Shown here: positions 13,030 through 25,639 of the stretch, piece by piece
Layout of the letters: each line of letters begins with the position of its first letter
Numbering within the stretch: the first letter of the stretch is position 1
Assembly (NCBI RefSeq): GCF_006345805.1
Contig: NC_043026.1
Span: 7,750,001 to 7,814,000 of the forward strand
Reading direction: 5' to 3'
Source: Octopus sinensis
Lineage: Eukaryota
Length of the DNA: 64,000 bases
Notes under the pieces: model-generated
What the model was told of the DNA's origin: nothing
Databases searched by the model: none
Seen by the model: the letters and a program-made list of their open reading frames with translations, nothing else
Program-made: the position numbers and the translations under genes

Positions 13030-13260
13030 TATACTCTCTTTTTTCTCTTTTTACTTGTTTCAGTCATTTGACTGCGGCCATGCTGGAGCACCACCTTTAG
13101 TCAAGCAAATCAACCCCGGGACTTATTCTTTGTAAGCCCAGTACTTATTCTATCAGTCTCTTTTGCCGAACCACTAAGTGATGGGGACGTAAACACACCA
13201 GCATCGGTTGTCAAGCAATGCTAGGGGGACAAACACAGACACACATATATATATACACAG
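13030..13260 (-). mobile_element. SINE family A, 3' half
   Basis: Close reverse complement of 60500-60700. Confidence 0.85.
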
Positions 13261-14225
13261 ATGGTGGGGGGGGAGTAATAGTGGTGATGATGACGGAGAG
13301 TTGGCAGCAATAATGATGAAAGACAAGACAAAAAGAAAACCTATGATCAGAAGCAATCCAGTAGTGACCATTCCTCCTTTTGCTTTCAGACATAGTGTAT
13401 CTTAGACACAATATTGAACCTACCTGTTTTTTTAAAAAAGGAAATAAGAATAGAAATGTAAGTTGTGATTTGAAGGAGATTTGGCTGCTATTTCTACCAG
13501 GTTTAGCCACTATGTAGAAGTCTTCCTCATTGGCTCATGTATATATAAATACATAAGACAGTAGGATGTGATTTGAGGGAGATTTGGCTGCAATTTCTAT
13601 CAAAAAATATCCTTGTGGCATTGTGTTGTTAACACCATATGTTAAATATAAATACACATTTTGGCAGAAAATTAAGGACAAACCTGCATTTTGACTCCTT
13701 GGGACCTTCCAAAATTCTTGACTTGTAGCTTCTGACAGTAAATATTATACACTTGTGTATATAAATGTATAATAAATGTGTGTCCGTCTGGTAGAAACAA
13801 CAGCTAAAGATGTCAGTTTGCTGCTGTTCACTGCTGCCTGCTTCGTCTCGTTATGTTGCAAACAACAACTCTTTACCAATATGTTACTCAAACTTGCTTA
13901 ATTATTCTACAGCTGACATCAGAATTATCCGACTAATTAATGATTTTGTAAGAGCCACAATGAAAATGTCTTGCAGTATTTGTTCTGACTCTCCACACTT
14001 TGAGTTCAATTCCTACAAATGTTGACTCAGATATTATTTTTCCAGGGTTCATAAATTATATACCAGTTATGTACTGGAGAGCATTCTCTCTCTCTCTCTC
14101 TCTCCACCCTCCCTTTTTCTTCCCGTCTCCTTCTCTCTCCCACATACATATTCAGAAAAATATGTATATACATACAAATGCACATATATAAACACATAAA
14201 TGTCAGAGATATATAAATATGTACA

Positions 14226-14256
<31 letters not shown>

Positions 14257-14619
14257 GCAGTACATATCAGTACATGTATATAGTTGTACATCTGTATAAA
14301 TATTTGTATATCAGAATCATCATCATCATCATCATTGTCATCTTTATTTGATGCGTATTTTCCATGCTGGCATGGGTTGGATGGTTTGACAAGAGCTGGC
14401 AAGTCGAAGGGACTATGCCAAAGTCTGTTGGCAGTTTCAGCATGGTTTTTACGGTTGAGTCACCTTCCTTATTACCAACCAATTTAAAGGATGTACTGGG
14501 GGCTTTTTTCATGGCACCCTGCACCACTGGGGCCACCAAGTAACTTACAGAGTCCTCTCGACTGGAGGGAGTAGTATCAAGGGGGATGGGTTTGTGCCAT
14601 ATATATATTAAATATATAT

Positions 14620-16000
14620 ATATTTGCTGCACCAAATGCACGCTATGGACACACAAGGGATGCAGTGGAATCACAGGTAGATTAACAGGTAAGGTCACCT
14701 TTGTGTGTGGGAGATGTGCAGGAACAGTAAGCACTAAGAGCGCATGGGACTTTGAGTCTCTCAAATGTCCAGGAGGCTCTCTCAAGGTAGAAGATAGTTT
14801 CTGTTACCTGGGTGACCAAATTAGCAATGAGGGTGGATGCTCTGAAAGTATTGTTTCTAGAATACGAATAGTATGGAGAAAGTTCAGAGAGCTACTATCT
14901 CTGTTGGCAACAAAAGGACTCTCTCTCGGGGTGAAAAGTTGATTGTATGATGCTTGTGTACAAACAGCTATACTTCATTTTAGTGAAACATGAGCTGTGA
15001 ATGCAGAGGACATGCACTGACTAGAAAGAAATGTAGGCAGTATGCTCTGCAGGATGTGCAACGTCAATGTGCATGAATGACAAAGCGCAAATGTGTTGAG
15101 AGAAAAGTTGGGCATAAGAGGAATCAAATGCAGCATGCAAGAGAGGAGACTGCATTAGGTTGGACGTGTGATGCGTATAAATGAAGACAGGTACAGTAAA
15201 CAGTAGAAATATATGGAAAACAGATTCTATCAAATGCCAGGAAGCACACCTGGAAGTAGTTGATAGCTTCTGTCCAAGTCAGCAGTGAAGGAGGATGCTC
15301 CGAGAGAGTAGCTGTGAGAATAGGTTGGGTGAAGTTCAGAGAGCTTCTATCTTTGTTAGCTACACATGGCTTGTCCATCAGAGTAAGAGGCAGGTTGTAT
15401 GATGCCTGTGTGCAAACAACCAAGCTACATGGCAGTGAAACATGGGCTGTGATGGCAGAAAAACTGCGATGGCTTGAAAGAAATGAAGCTAACATGCTTT
15501 GCTGGATGTGCAATGTCAGTGTACATGTATGACAGAGTGTGAGCATCTTGAGAGGAAAGTTGGGCAAAAGAGGCATCAAATGTGATGTGGAAGAAAGATG
15601 ACTGCGCTGGTATGGTCATATGATGCATATGGAAGAGGACAGCTGTGTAAAGAAATACTGATCCCAAATTGTTGAGGGAACCTGTGGAAGAGGTAGACCC
15701 AGGAAGACATGGGATGAGGTGGTGAAGTGACCATGATCATTAGTGATTTGCTGTGCTTGAGAAGATTTTGTCAAGTCAAATGAAGTTGTAGTTGTTACTG
15801 GTGCTGATGACACATTACGGCATCTGTGCCAGTGACATATAAAAGCACCTGTGCTGGTGACACCTAAAAGGCACCCACTACACTCTCAGAGTGGTTGGCA
15901 TTAGGAACGGCATCCAGCCATAGATGCCCCTTTTCAGACTGGAACCTGGTGTAGTTTCCTAGCTTATCAATTCCAGTCAAGCCAGCATGGAAAACAGGAC
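14620..16000 (+). mobile_element. Two tandem decayed RTE LINE 3' fragments
   Basis: CTKCTLWTHK...FCYLGDQI and VKFRELLSLLAT.GLS.RVRGRLYDACV...LHGSETWA occur twice, followed by the 3'UTR end. A minus-strand 3' end lies at about 14325-14590. Confidence 0.85.
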
Positions 16001-16368
16001 AATAATATATCATTATTATTATTATTATTATTATTAACAGTAATGGTAAGACAACAAAAGAATGAAAGAGACCTCAATATTATATTGCAGATATATATAT
16101 ATATATTTAAAATATAATTAAGATCTAGTTGAATTAGATACTTAGATTGAGGCACCTTGTTAAGTCAACTGAAATTTGCAGACCCAAATACTATCAGGTG
16201 AATATCAAACTCTGTGCAGAAGTGTTTGCACTTGATATTCTTAGTGAAGAGATCTGCTCTTGCTTGTTCAGATATGTACTTTATATAAGAATGCAAAAAT
16301 ACTTTCCATAACATTTCCAAAGTGCAGATTCCAGGGTAGGTTAATAAAATATGAGTAACAAGGATGTA

Positions 16369-16554
16369 CAGGTGTAAATTCAATATGGCCATTTCAAGCA
16401 GCTCTTTTAGTTGACGTAAATATTACATCATGGCAAAGAGACCATTTTTGTCAGATGACTGCATAGACATCACACTCAATTATGTCAATGATGTACTGTT
16501 TTCATTAATCAATTAAAGGAGCTGCTTGAAATGGCCATAACGAATTGAGACCTG
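16369..16554. mobile_element. Tc1/mariner-like MITE
   Basis: About 45-bp imperfect TIRs, CAGGTGTAAATTCAATATGGCCATTTCAAGCAGCTC / GAGCTGCTTGAAATGGCCATAACGAATTGAGACCTG. TA on the left; the right flank is TT. Confidence 0.7.
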
Positions 16555-16580
16555 TTCATCTTTTTGTTACTCATTTCTAT

Positions 16581-19500
16581 TCATCATCATTGGTTAACGT
16601 CCACTTTCCATGCTGGCATGGGTTGGATGGTTTGACTGCAGTCTGGAGAGCTACTGGTCTGGTAGTGTTTCTACAGCTGGATGTCCTTCCTAATGTCAAC
16701 CACTCCGAGAGTATAGTGGATGCTTTTTACGTGTCACCGGCACAAAAGCCAATGAGGCAGGACTGGCAATGATCACATTCGGATGGTGCTTTTTATGTGC
16801 CACCAGCAAAGGAGCCAGTAAGGTGGGCCTGGCAATGAACACATTTGGATGGTGCTTTTTATATGCCACTGGCAGAGAAGCCAGTCAGGGGGTACTGGCA
16901 TCAGTTACAATCGATTCGTGCTTTTTACATGCCACCGGCACAGGAGCCAGTCAGGCGGTTCTGGCATCGACCATGTTTGAATGGTGCTTTTTACATGCCA
17001 TCGGCATGGAAGCCAGTCAGGGGGCACCAGCCCCAGCTACGATATTTGTTTTATTTGACTCAACAAGTTTTCTAAAGCATATCATATCACCCAACGCAAC
17101 AGGAGTATTCTTAACAGGACTGGCCGTGTGTGGCTGCAATCTCACTTTAGTTGCCGGGTCTTCTCAATCACAACATATCTCCAAAGGGCCCAGTCTTCTG
17201 TCATTGCCTCTGTGAGGTCCAATGTTTGAAGGTCATGCTTCACAACCTTGTAATGGAACTGGTTAATTCTTTACGCTGTTCGGGTGCAACCAATTTCCTT
17301 TCTTTAATTTCCAGAATCTACCAGTTAGGAACAAGAACGCAACCTTAAAAATATATATACTCTTTATTTCTTATTTACAAAAAAAGTACGTTGATATATT
17401 GGTATCCACTTGGTTCGATATAGCAAGGCTGAATTTTAACATTTGTAAGATAAACCTCACAATTAATTCAGCAGCAACAGAGCAGGTCAAATCCTAAGCG
17501 TCTGGGACAGGAGAATAGGCTGATCACACGTTTAACAGGCCCTTTCTCTTCAATAGCCGTGTCTCAAGTCAACGACGCTAAACAAGGAACACGATAGAAT
17601 TTTCTTCCCCAGTCTCTTGCGCATGTGCATGAGGGAACTTCCTTAGGCCTTTCCAGAAGGTTCCAGCCCCGCACACGCACACTGAAGAATGACGTTGCGT
17701 GTGCGCACACTGGAAAATGACGTCACTACAACCTCATCCCATGTCTTCCAGGTCTACCTCTTCCACAGGTTCCTTCTACAGTTAGGGAGTGGCACTTCCT
17801 CACACAGCTGTCTTTGTTCATACGTACCACATGGCCATCCCAGCACAATTGCCTCTCTTGCACACCACATTTGATGCTTCTTATGCCCAACTTTTCTCTC
17901 AGGGTGCTTATACTCTGTCGTGTATGCACACTGACATTACACGTCCAGCAGATCATACTAGCTTCATTTCTTTCAAGCCTATGCACGTCTTCAGCATTCA
18001 TGGCCCATGTTTCACTGCTGTGTAGCATGGTAGTTTGCACACATGCATCATACAGTCTACCTTTCATCCTGAGCGGCAGGCCCTTAATTGCCAGCAGAGG
18101 TAGGAGCTCCCTGAACTTTACCTAGGCTATTCTTACTCTAGTTGCTACACTCTCAGAGCAACCGCCCCCATTACAGACTTGGTCACCTAGGTAGCAGAAA
18201 CTATTAACTACTTCTAGCTTCTTCCCCTGACATGTGATGGAATCTGTTTTCTGTACATCTTCAGTGTTTATTGCCCCAGTGTAACTGCCACACACAAAAA
18301 TTATTTTCCCGGTTAACCTTCCTTTGATATTGCTGCACCTTTTATGTGTCCATAGCTTATACCGAGTACATCATATGGAGTTTCTACCCACGCCTTTTCT
18401 ACAGATTGAGCAGGGCCATCTACCTGAAGTGGGTTGTGATTTGACAGCCTTCCTACTTACTAAGACTGTGGTTTTTGCTAGGTTAACCCTAAGGCCTTTT
18501 GATTCTAGGCCTTGCTTCCACAACCTAAACTTTGTCTCTAGTTCTGGCTGTGACTTAGCTATTAGAGCAAGGACATCAGATTAGAGGATTTCCCAGAGGC
18601 AGCCTGTCTTGAATTCCCCTGTTATTGCCTGGAGGACTGTAATGAATGAGAGGGAGATGAGGACCGATCCTTGGTGAACCCCTACTTCTACTCGGAATTC
18701 TTCACTATACTCATTGCCAACCTTCACCTTGTACAGCTCTTACGAGGCACTCATCTATCCCCAGTTTCCGCATTGACCACCAGATAAGGGATCAGGGTAC
18801 CCTGTCAAAGGCTTTCTCCAAGTCAACAAAAGCCAAGTTCAAAGGTTTTCCTTTGGCTAGGTATTTCTCCTGCAGTTGAAATACAGCATCACTGGTGCTT
18901 CTGCCTGGCACAGAACTGAACTGCGTCTTATGTAGGCTAACTCTCTCCCTAATAAGTTGGGTTATGACCCTCTTTGTAACTTTCATCACCTGATCCAATA
19001 ATTTGACACCCCTGTGGTTATTTCTATCTAAAGCATCACCTTTCCCCTTGTAGCAGTTGACTATGGTGCTGCTGCTACACCAGTCATTGGGTACGACTCC
19101 TTCATGAACTCCCTGATTTACGATGCGGGTGAGAAGAAAGTAACCCACACCACCTGATATTTTAAGCATCCCTGTGGTGATTCCTGATGGGCCAGGTGCT
19201 TTCCCTGTCATAGTATCCTTAATTGCTTTATCTACCTGGGTACTGTCAATTCAGGTAGTTGGTCCCTCTACTGGGTCAACCTTTGTCTGACTCTCCTCCT
19301 CCCATTCATTCTCCACGTTCAGCAGTCTTTCATAATGGCTTCTCCAAGCCTCTTTCTTTGCAGAATCATTAAACACGATTGCATTATCATCCATGTGGAC
19401 ACATTTCTCTCCTATGGCATCACGGTTTTCTTTTACACACTGCCTTGCAATCCAAAATACTTGGAACATTGGCAAACTTCTTCTTTTCTGCTCCTCCCTT

Positions 19501-21100
19501 GGCTATATATACCTGTCTCTTAGCTTCCCTTTTGGCTATCTGATACATTTTCCTGCTACCCTCACTCTTCCAGGCATTCCAGGCCTGTTTCTTTGCTCTA
19601 ATGGCCCTCTCTACAGTATTATTCCACCACCATGTTGCCCTAGATCTGGAAGGGACTTTGCACCAGCCATTGATTTGGTCTGTGACACTCAGCAAGCTGT
19701 CTCACAGGAATTCCCAGCTGCCTTCTATGTCACAGGACTGTAGCTCCTTCTACCTATCATCAAATTTCTCGGTAAATATATCCCTAAATCTCTGACCATG
19801 TGAAGGGTTCCTAAGCTTCAAAGTCCTTTTCCAGATTGGTCTGGTTTTTGGCATCCTTCTGGCCTTGAGTTTAAAGTCACTGATAACTAGTCTATGTTGG
19901 CGGGGTACATTCTTCAGCAGGGAGAGTCTTTGTATTTAAGAGCAACCATGCATCCCACTGTCTGGTGAAAATGAAATTGATGTGGCCAGCGGAGTCACCC
20001 GATTGATAGGTTATCAGGTGGTTAGCTGGCTTCCTGAAGGTGGTGTTGCACATCAATAGGTTATTTGCATCACAGAACACCAGGACCCTAGTTCCCTCTT
20101 CATTTCTGGTACCAACTCCATGGCCCCCATCTACACCATGGCTGATACCAGATTGCTGTCTGACATGCCCATTAAAATCTCCAGCCACAAAAATGAGATT
20201 ATTATCACTCATCTTTAAGGTAACCTTCAAAAGAATATCATAAAAGTGATCCTTCTGTTCATTTGGTAGGCCCACTTGTGGGGCATAGGCGGAGATAATT
20301 GTAGCTATACCATTCTGCAAGACTAACCTGAGTTTAATTATATCCATCGCACACCCTCACTACCTCTATGGCCTTATCCACCCATTTCTCTGCAATAAGT
20401 ATGTCCACACCCCCTATTCCAACACTATTACCTTCCCAGAAGAGTTTATACCTTCGTGCTTTGCCTGTGAGGACTCTGGCTGAAGCTCCTCTCCATCTTA
20501 CTTCTTGTATGGAACATACATCAACACGTCTCCGTTCAAGCATCTCTATAATCTCGCTAGACCTACCTTTCAATGTGCCTACATTTACAGAGCCAACTCT
20601 GAAAACTGTGAAAGTGCTACGGGAAGTAACACAGGAAAGAGAGATGTTATTCAGTACCTGAAAAGAAGGGTCCCGTGACTGTTTGGTAACAGGCATCGTA
20701 ATAGTTGTTTTTGCTTTTCACCTATCGTCATTCAGACACATTAGAGTTAAGGTTGTTACCTCTTCTGGTGGGAGTGAGTGAGGAAGTGTTGTATATGAAA
20801 GTGTTTGGGGTGTTGTAAATATAAGTGTTATGAGCCTTATGGGAGAAGCATTACTGATGCTGCAGTAAAAAAAAAAGAAAAGTGGGCTACTATCTAGTTT
20901 AGTTAGTCTAAGGATAGGTGGAGAGGGCAGCAAGATTACCAACAGATGAGGAGAAAGGGGAAGAGCAACTGGTTGTCCAGTAAGTGAAATATTTCTGGTG
21001 AGAGAGAACGATTTCTGGTAAGAGTGAGAGGTAGAGATTTCCGGTATTGGTGGCAGGAGTGGGAAAGGTAGGGTGCAATCACCGACATCAAAGGTCATTT
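16581..21100 (-). mobile_element. Near full-length decayed RTE-clade LINE (APE + RT) with a nested solo LTR
   Basis: APE: FRVGSVNVGTLKGRS...QEVRWRG, SAYAPQ, GDFNGH (19892-20696). RT: KAPGPSGI...KGKGDAL, FVDLEKAFDRVP (18792-19211). C-terminal LHSSETW, a tandem 3'UTR array and a (GAT)n tail. Many stops and frameshifts; the 5' limit is approximate. Confidence 0.9.
17249..17730. mobile_element. Solo LTR (482 bp), probably Ty3/gypsy-type
   Basis: TGTAATG...CACTACA termini and a 4-bp TSD ACCT (17245-17248, 17731-17734). Removing it restores the LINE motif cacaacctcatcccatgtc seen intact at about 7654-7672. Confidence 0.85.
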
Positions 21101-21261
21101 TATGGGTTATAGCAAATAAAGAGTTATTTTAGAGAAAAGTTTGGGATAAGTATATATAAGTATATGCATGTATGTAGCCAAGAAACAAGGTTAGTCATGG
21201 CAGGATTAGAACAAACAAGAAAGAATCATTTTAGAAAATAGATGAGTTTGAATATATATAT

Positions 21262-22630
21262 AATAATATTAGGGAATAAATCCAAACTTACAGGGAAAAA
21301 TTAGATTTAGGATTAAATCCGATTTTATAGTATAAATATATTATATTATATTATATTAAATTAGAGATAAAACCACTATTTAAATAATTTTTTATTTCTA
21401 ACTTTTATATTTTTAAATTAATTTTATGTATTGGCTTGTGTTTTTCACTGTTTGATTTGCCTAATAGTGGTTTTATCTCTAATTTAATATAATATATATT
21501 TATATACACACAAAATGTGACAAGAACGCAAAACATCCAGACAACTAGGTGATACAAAAAGGGACAACAAAACATTGAGATAGACAATACAAAGAAAACA
21601 AGGATGGGTCATTCGAAGTTTTCTATCTTCAGTCAAGAACCAGATTATCCTTGCAATTTTGGCTGATTATTCTTGAGATTGCTCCAATCTGGCCAGCCCC
21701 AAGGAAGAACTAAGCTAAGAGCATTAGATTCCTTGGAAGAAAGCAGCAAATGTATACGAAAACAAGGATGGAAAAAACGGCCAATGTTACACAAATATAA
21801 ATACAATAGAAATAATAACAGGACATAACAACAGGTGTCTTTTGACTAAGGACGAATTGAATTAAGCTGGCATGTATGGAAATGAAGCCTTAAGGCAAAG
21901 ATACAAAAATTTCACACACACGGGGAAGAATATTGATGTTGGTTGGACTGTGGTCAGACCAAGAAAGAGAGAGCGCAGGCTGGCTGATCGGTCATGTGGG
22001 AAGAGAAGAGAGAGAAAAATAGAAGCAGAGGAACAAAAGAATTAAGGAGGGGCGAGAAAAATTGACAGGGATACAGTGAAGTAAGAAGTGGAGGGAAAGT
22101 GAGTAAGGAGAGAAGGCAAAGAAATGTGAGCGAGGGGAACAAAAGAACGAAGGGTGGAATGAATGAATAAGTGTGAAAGGGCTGATAGAAGATTTTGTAA
22201 AATGTGTACTTACATATAAGAGAACAAAGTGTACATACGCCACTATATATATATATAAATTAACAGAATGAGATAAAAATCCAAGGCTGTGAAAGATTTC
22301 AGAACATTTATAAAGAGAAAGTTTTACAGCTGTTTCTGGGATATTTTGTATATCCCTTCATCGGAGATGGTGCGAGAAAATGGTTAAGCAATAGTTATTC
22401 TAGATAAGATATGAAGTGGAGGAATGAAAATAAACATGAGATTTTCATTCCTCCACTTCACTCTCTATTTCATATCTTATCTAGAATAACTATTGCTTAA
22501 CCATTTTCTCACACTGTCTCCGATGAAGGGATATATGAAATATCCCAGAAACAGCTGCAAGACCTTCTCTTTATAAATGTTCTGAAATCTTTCACAGCCT
22601 TGGATTTTTATCTTATTCTGTTAATTTTTT
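21262..22630. mobile_element. Penelope-like non-autonomous element or cluster with terminal foldbacks
   Basis: Inverted arms at 21361-21381/21463-21483. The body at 21540-22010 is homologous to the reverse complement of 52200-52540. A long inverted repeat at 22257-22627 carries hammerhead-like motifs. The Penelope assignment is inferred; no RT/GIY-YIG ORF is present. Confidence 0.55.
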
Positions 22631-24253
22631 ATATATACGCATGCTGATGTATGACCTATGTTGGACACCTCATTCACATAATCACCGAACCTGGAGCTTA
22701 ACTATATAATCTGTCCATAGCACTTACTCAGCATTACCTGACACCTATATATATATATATATATTATATATATATATATATATACACATACACACACACA
22801 TATCAAGTGGTAATATTTATCCCCACTTAAACACAGGTGTTCTTTCAGAACAAATTTTGCTGCGGTAGTTACCATGAGAGAAAAGCTCAAACTTTTTCCA
22901 GAAAACCTTTGCTGTCTTGCAACAAAACCACCCCCAGAGATGATGGTTTTTTGATATCAAGGGACATAACTCTTAACTTAATTTCCTGCTTGATTCATTT
23001 CATCATCATTTTCATAGCAACTACAAACCAGATGTGTCTATTCACCTCCAACAAAAGAGAGCAGTTGCCATATTTCATTTTTATAAGTGCTACCTCTGAA
23101 GAGTGCAAGGTTACATAATCAGACCGTTACCCAACATTCTGTTGAACCCCTAGTGTGAAACCGATTGGTAAGATCAGCTGAAATGGTATATTTTACTGTA
23201 CATTTTGGTTAATATATATATATATTTCTGGAAGACATAGGACAAAGTAGTGGAGGTTGATCTTGAGATGCTGATTGTCATGGGGGAGATGACAAAGGAT
23301 CAAGATAATTGGTGATTTACTTTGCTTGAGAAAACTCGTCCATCAAACCAAAAATGATGTCCTTCGTTTCTGCCTGTGCAAATGGGACTCTGCTCTGTCA
23401 AGCATTTCCCACATCTCATCTCCCTACCCAACATCCATTCCTCCTTGAAACATCTTACACCTTCTGACTCTTTCTGTTACCAGTCACTGTTTCATCCCTC
23501 ATTCTCATTATTATTCCTTCCCACGTGCCTCCAGCTATTTCCCCCTTCTCTACCTTGCTTCATCTTAATATCTCTCATATCAGCTATCATTCTCAGGGCC
23601 TTCTCTTATCCACTTCTTTGCCCATTCATTATAGCCAACTTTATCTACCACATCTCCCTCCCTGCCACTCCTCCACTTTGATCATCATACCCTACTTCCT
23701 CATCTATCGGCCCTGAACCATTGTCTCTCTCATCTTACCCCTTCCTCCCTGTCCATCAGGCTGCACCCTCACTCTTGTTCATTACCCACTACATTTATAT
23801 CTAGCTCCATCCCTAATCATCTCTTTCCCTTCACAGTCTTATAACTGCCTTCCCCACCTCCTGATCCACTGCCAGTATTTGAGGGTTTGCTCTAGCACCT
23901 TATTCCAGATACTCTAAGCCGCCTTTATATAATACAGGATAACTTTTCTGTAATGAAACACCTCTGCTTCTTGGTGGCATAAACTATCTCTCTCTGCCTC
24001 AGCTACTTCTAATCAAGGAGGCTTTTATTTTTGTTCTTTCTCAGTCTTGTAAGTTACCAGTGCCAGTGGCACAGAATAAGCTCCCAGTGTCCATTGTAAA
24101 GTGGTCAGTGTTAGGAAGAGCAACGAGGCCAAGGACATGATGCAACCCTGTGGTTCAACAGATCCTGTCAAACTGTTCAATGTGAGCAAGGAAAACAGAT
24201 GTTAAATGATGAAGGTGAGATATGATGAAAAGAAATTTTCTTGTTACTCACAC

Positions 24254-24271
24254 CTGATTTTGAAGTCCCAT
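24254..24271 (-). CDS. Candidate annexin initiation exon end (MGLQNQ)
   Basis: gtt ATG GGA CTT CAA AAT CAG|gtgtgagt has a good start context and a phase-0 donor compatible with the 6470 acceptor. It lies next to the CpG-enriched region shared with USP24. Unproven, and an assembly gap lies in the implied intron. Confidence 0.33.
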
Positions 24272-24759
24272 AACCCACAAAAATAATATTCTCCTTCTCC
24301 CCCACCAGTCAGTTCTATGTCCCACCTTGAGAATTCTTGTCCAATAAGATTTGCAGGGTTTAGTCATGAAAGTTTTACAAACCTTAACAATCCTGCAGCC
24401 TGTTTTGTGTATGAAATCAGTAAGAACTATCTCAGAGATTCACTGAAATCAGGAAGAGGGAGGCAGATCTCTGATTTAGGACATGACATTTTGTGCCATG
24501 TCCTCAGCTCCAACCTCGTTGCAAACCTGGGTATCACCTACTGTAACACAGAGAAGAGAAAGGAGCCTGACTGGCCGCTATCAGCATATGCTGGTTGTCA
24601 TTGAGACCTCAGCTGTTCTCACATCCTCCATAAAATCAGAACAAACTGCAACCTGTATGAAAAATGAGGAGCAATGGCTGTTGCAGTTAGTGTCACTGGC
24701 CATTCTCTACAGCAACAACTTTGCACTCATATTTATTATTTAATCCCTTCACATTTTTG

Positions 24760-25639
24760 ACGTTTACTTTGTTTCCTTGGTGAGGTCGTTATGGCTCTTT
24801 TTTTTACTCAATAATTCGAGTTTCGTACTTTTAGTATTTTTTCCTTCTTTTCTCCAGTAAAAATATGTCTGTAAAATCCTGACAATATATAACTTGGAAA
24901 AAAAAATGAAGGTGATGTGAAACAATATCTCCGTAACGAATTCATAGCTTTTTTTAAAAATTACGTTTATTCGTTTTGTTTCATTTTAAAATGACAAGAA
25001 ATGTTAGTCGTTTTCGTGTCCTGCCTCATCAAAGTATTCGACGATGTTTGATTGCTCCAGCATCTCAGCCCCAACATTACCGTTGGTCAGGCCATGAATG
25101 TCTTGGGTTTCCCCCAAATTTTTGGAGGATATCCCCAGTGACCTCTAATATGATCGATAATGGAAGGATTGTGAATATCTCGTGTTTATTTACTAATTTC
25201 CATAATCTTCTCACGGTTTATTTACTTAAAAAAACTGTTCCTTTTCACCTGACAGATCTAATACGCTAATAAAATGATATCATCTTTCCTAATGAAAACC
25301 TAGCGCTAAATGACACTTAATCTAGGTGACCGCAAAGATGATCCCGAAATTGGGTCACAAAAGTAGTTGAATAGCAGAGTTGTGTCCCTTGGAAAGTAGC
25401 AGTCTCTAAAAACCAAAAACAAACAAAACTCGTCTCAGTTATGTCCCTTGGTTGTGTCACTCTTTAACGTTGCGCCTGGAATGGCGGCAACCTTGTCTGC
25501 GAAGAAGAAAAAGATTTACGATGGAATTTTTATGGGTTTCTCTGTTTTACTTCATTTTAAAACCACAAAACAACGACGACATTAAACTCAGTTAATCGTC
25601 CATTGCTGTCGGTGAGACATTAAAGCATCAACAAGGACA
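24760..25639. promoter_or_regulatory. CpG-enriched promoter/5'UTR region, probably shared by divergent annexin and USP24
   Basis: Visibly more CpG than the surrounding introns, free of the common repeats, and directly upstream of the USP24 ATG. Contains a YY1-like ATGGCGGC at 25481. Confidence 0.55.
25481..25585 (+). other. Candidate uORF (34 aa) upstream of the USP24 start
   Basis: ggaATGG context; MAATLSAKKKKIYDGIFMGFSVLLHFKTTKQRRH*; the stop lies 54 nt before the USP24 ATG. Confidence 0.4.

Noticed and set aside
16716-17050. CRISPR-like array of repeats with variable intervening sequence
   Set aside because: The intervening parts are homologous to each other, the array is always inside the LINE 3'UTR, the genome is eukaryotic and there are no cas genes.
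22871-22875. Alternative annexin start ATG|gtaac on the minus strand
   Set aside because: Phase-compatible, but it has a poor start context and no clear acceptor or promoter, and such matches are common by chance.
23320-24050. Pyrimidine-rich ORFs 23376-23716 as a gene
   Set aside because: Low-complexity composition with no motifs; most likely a decayed retroelement region that I cannot classify.
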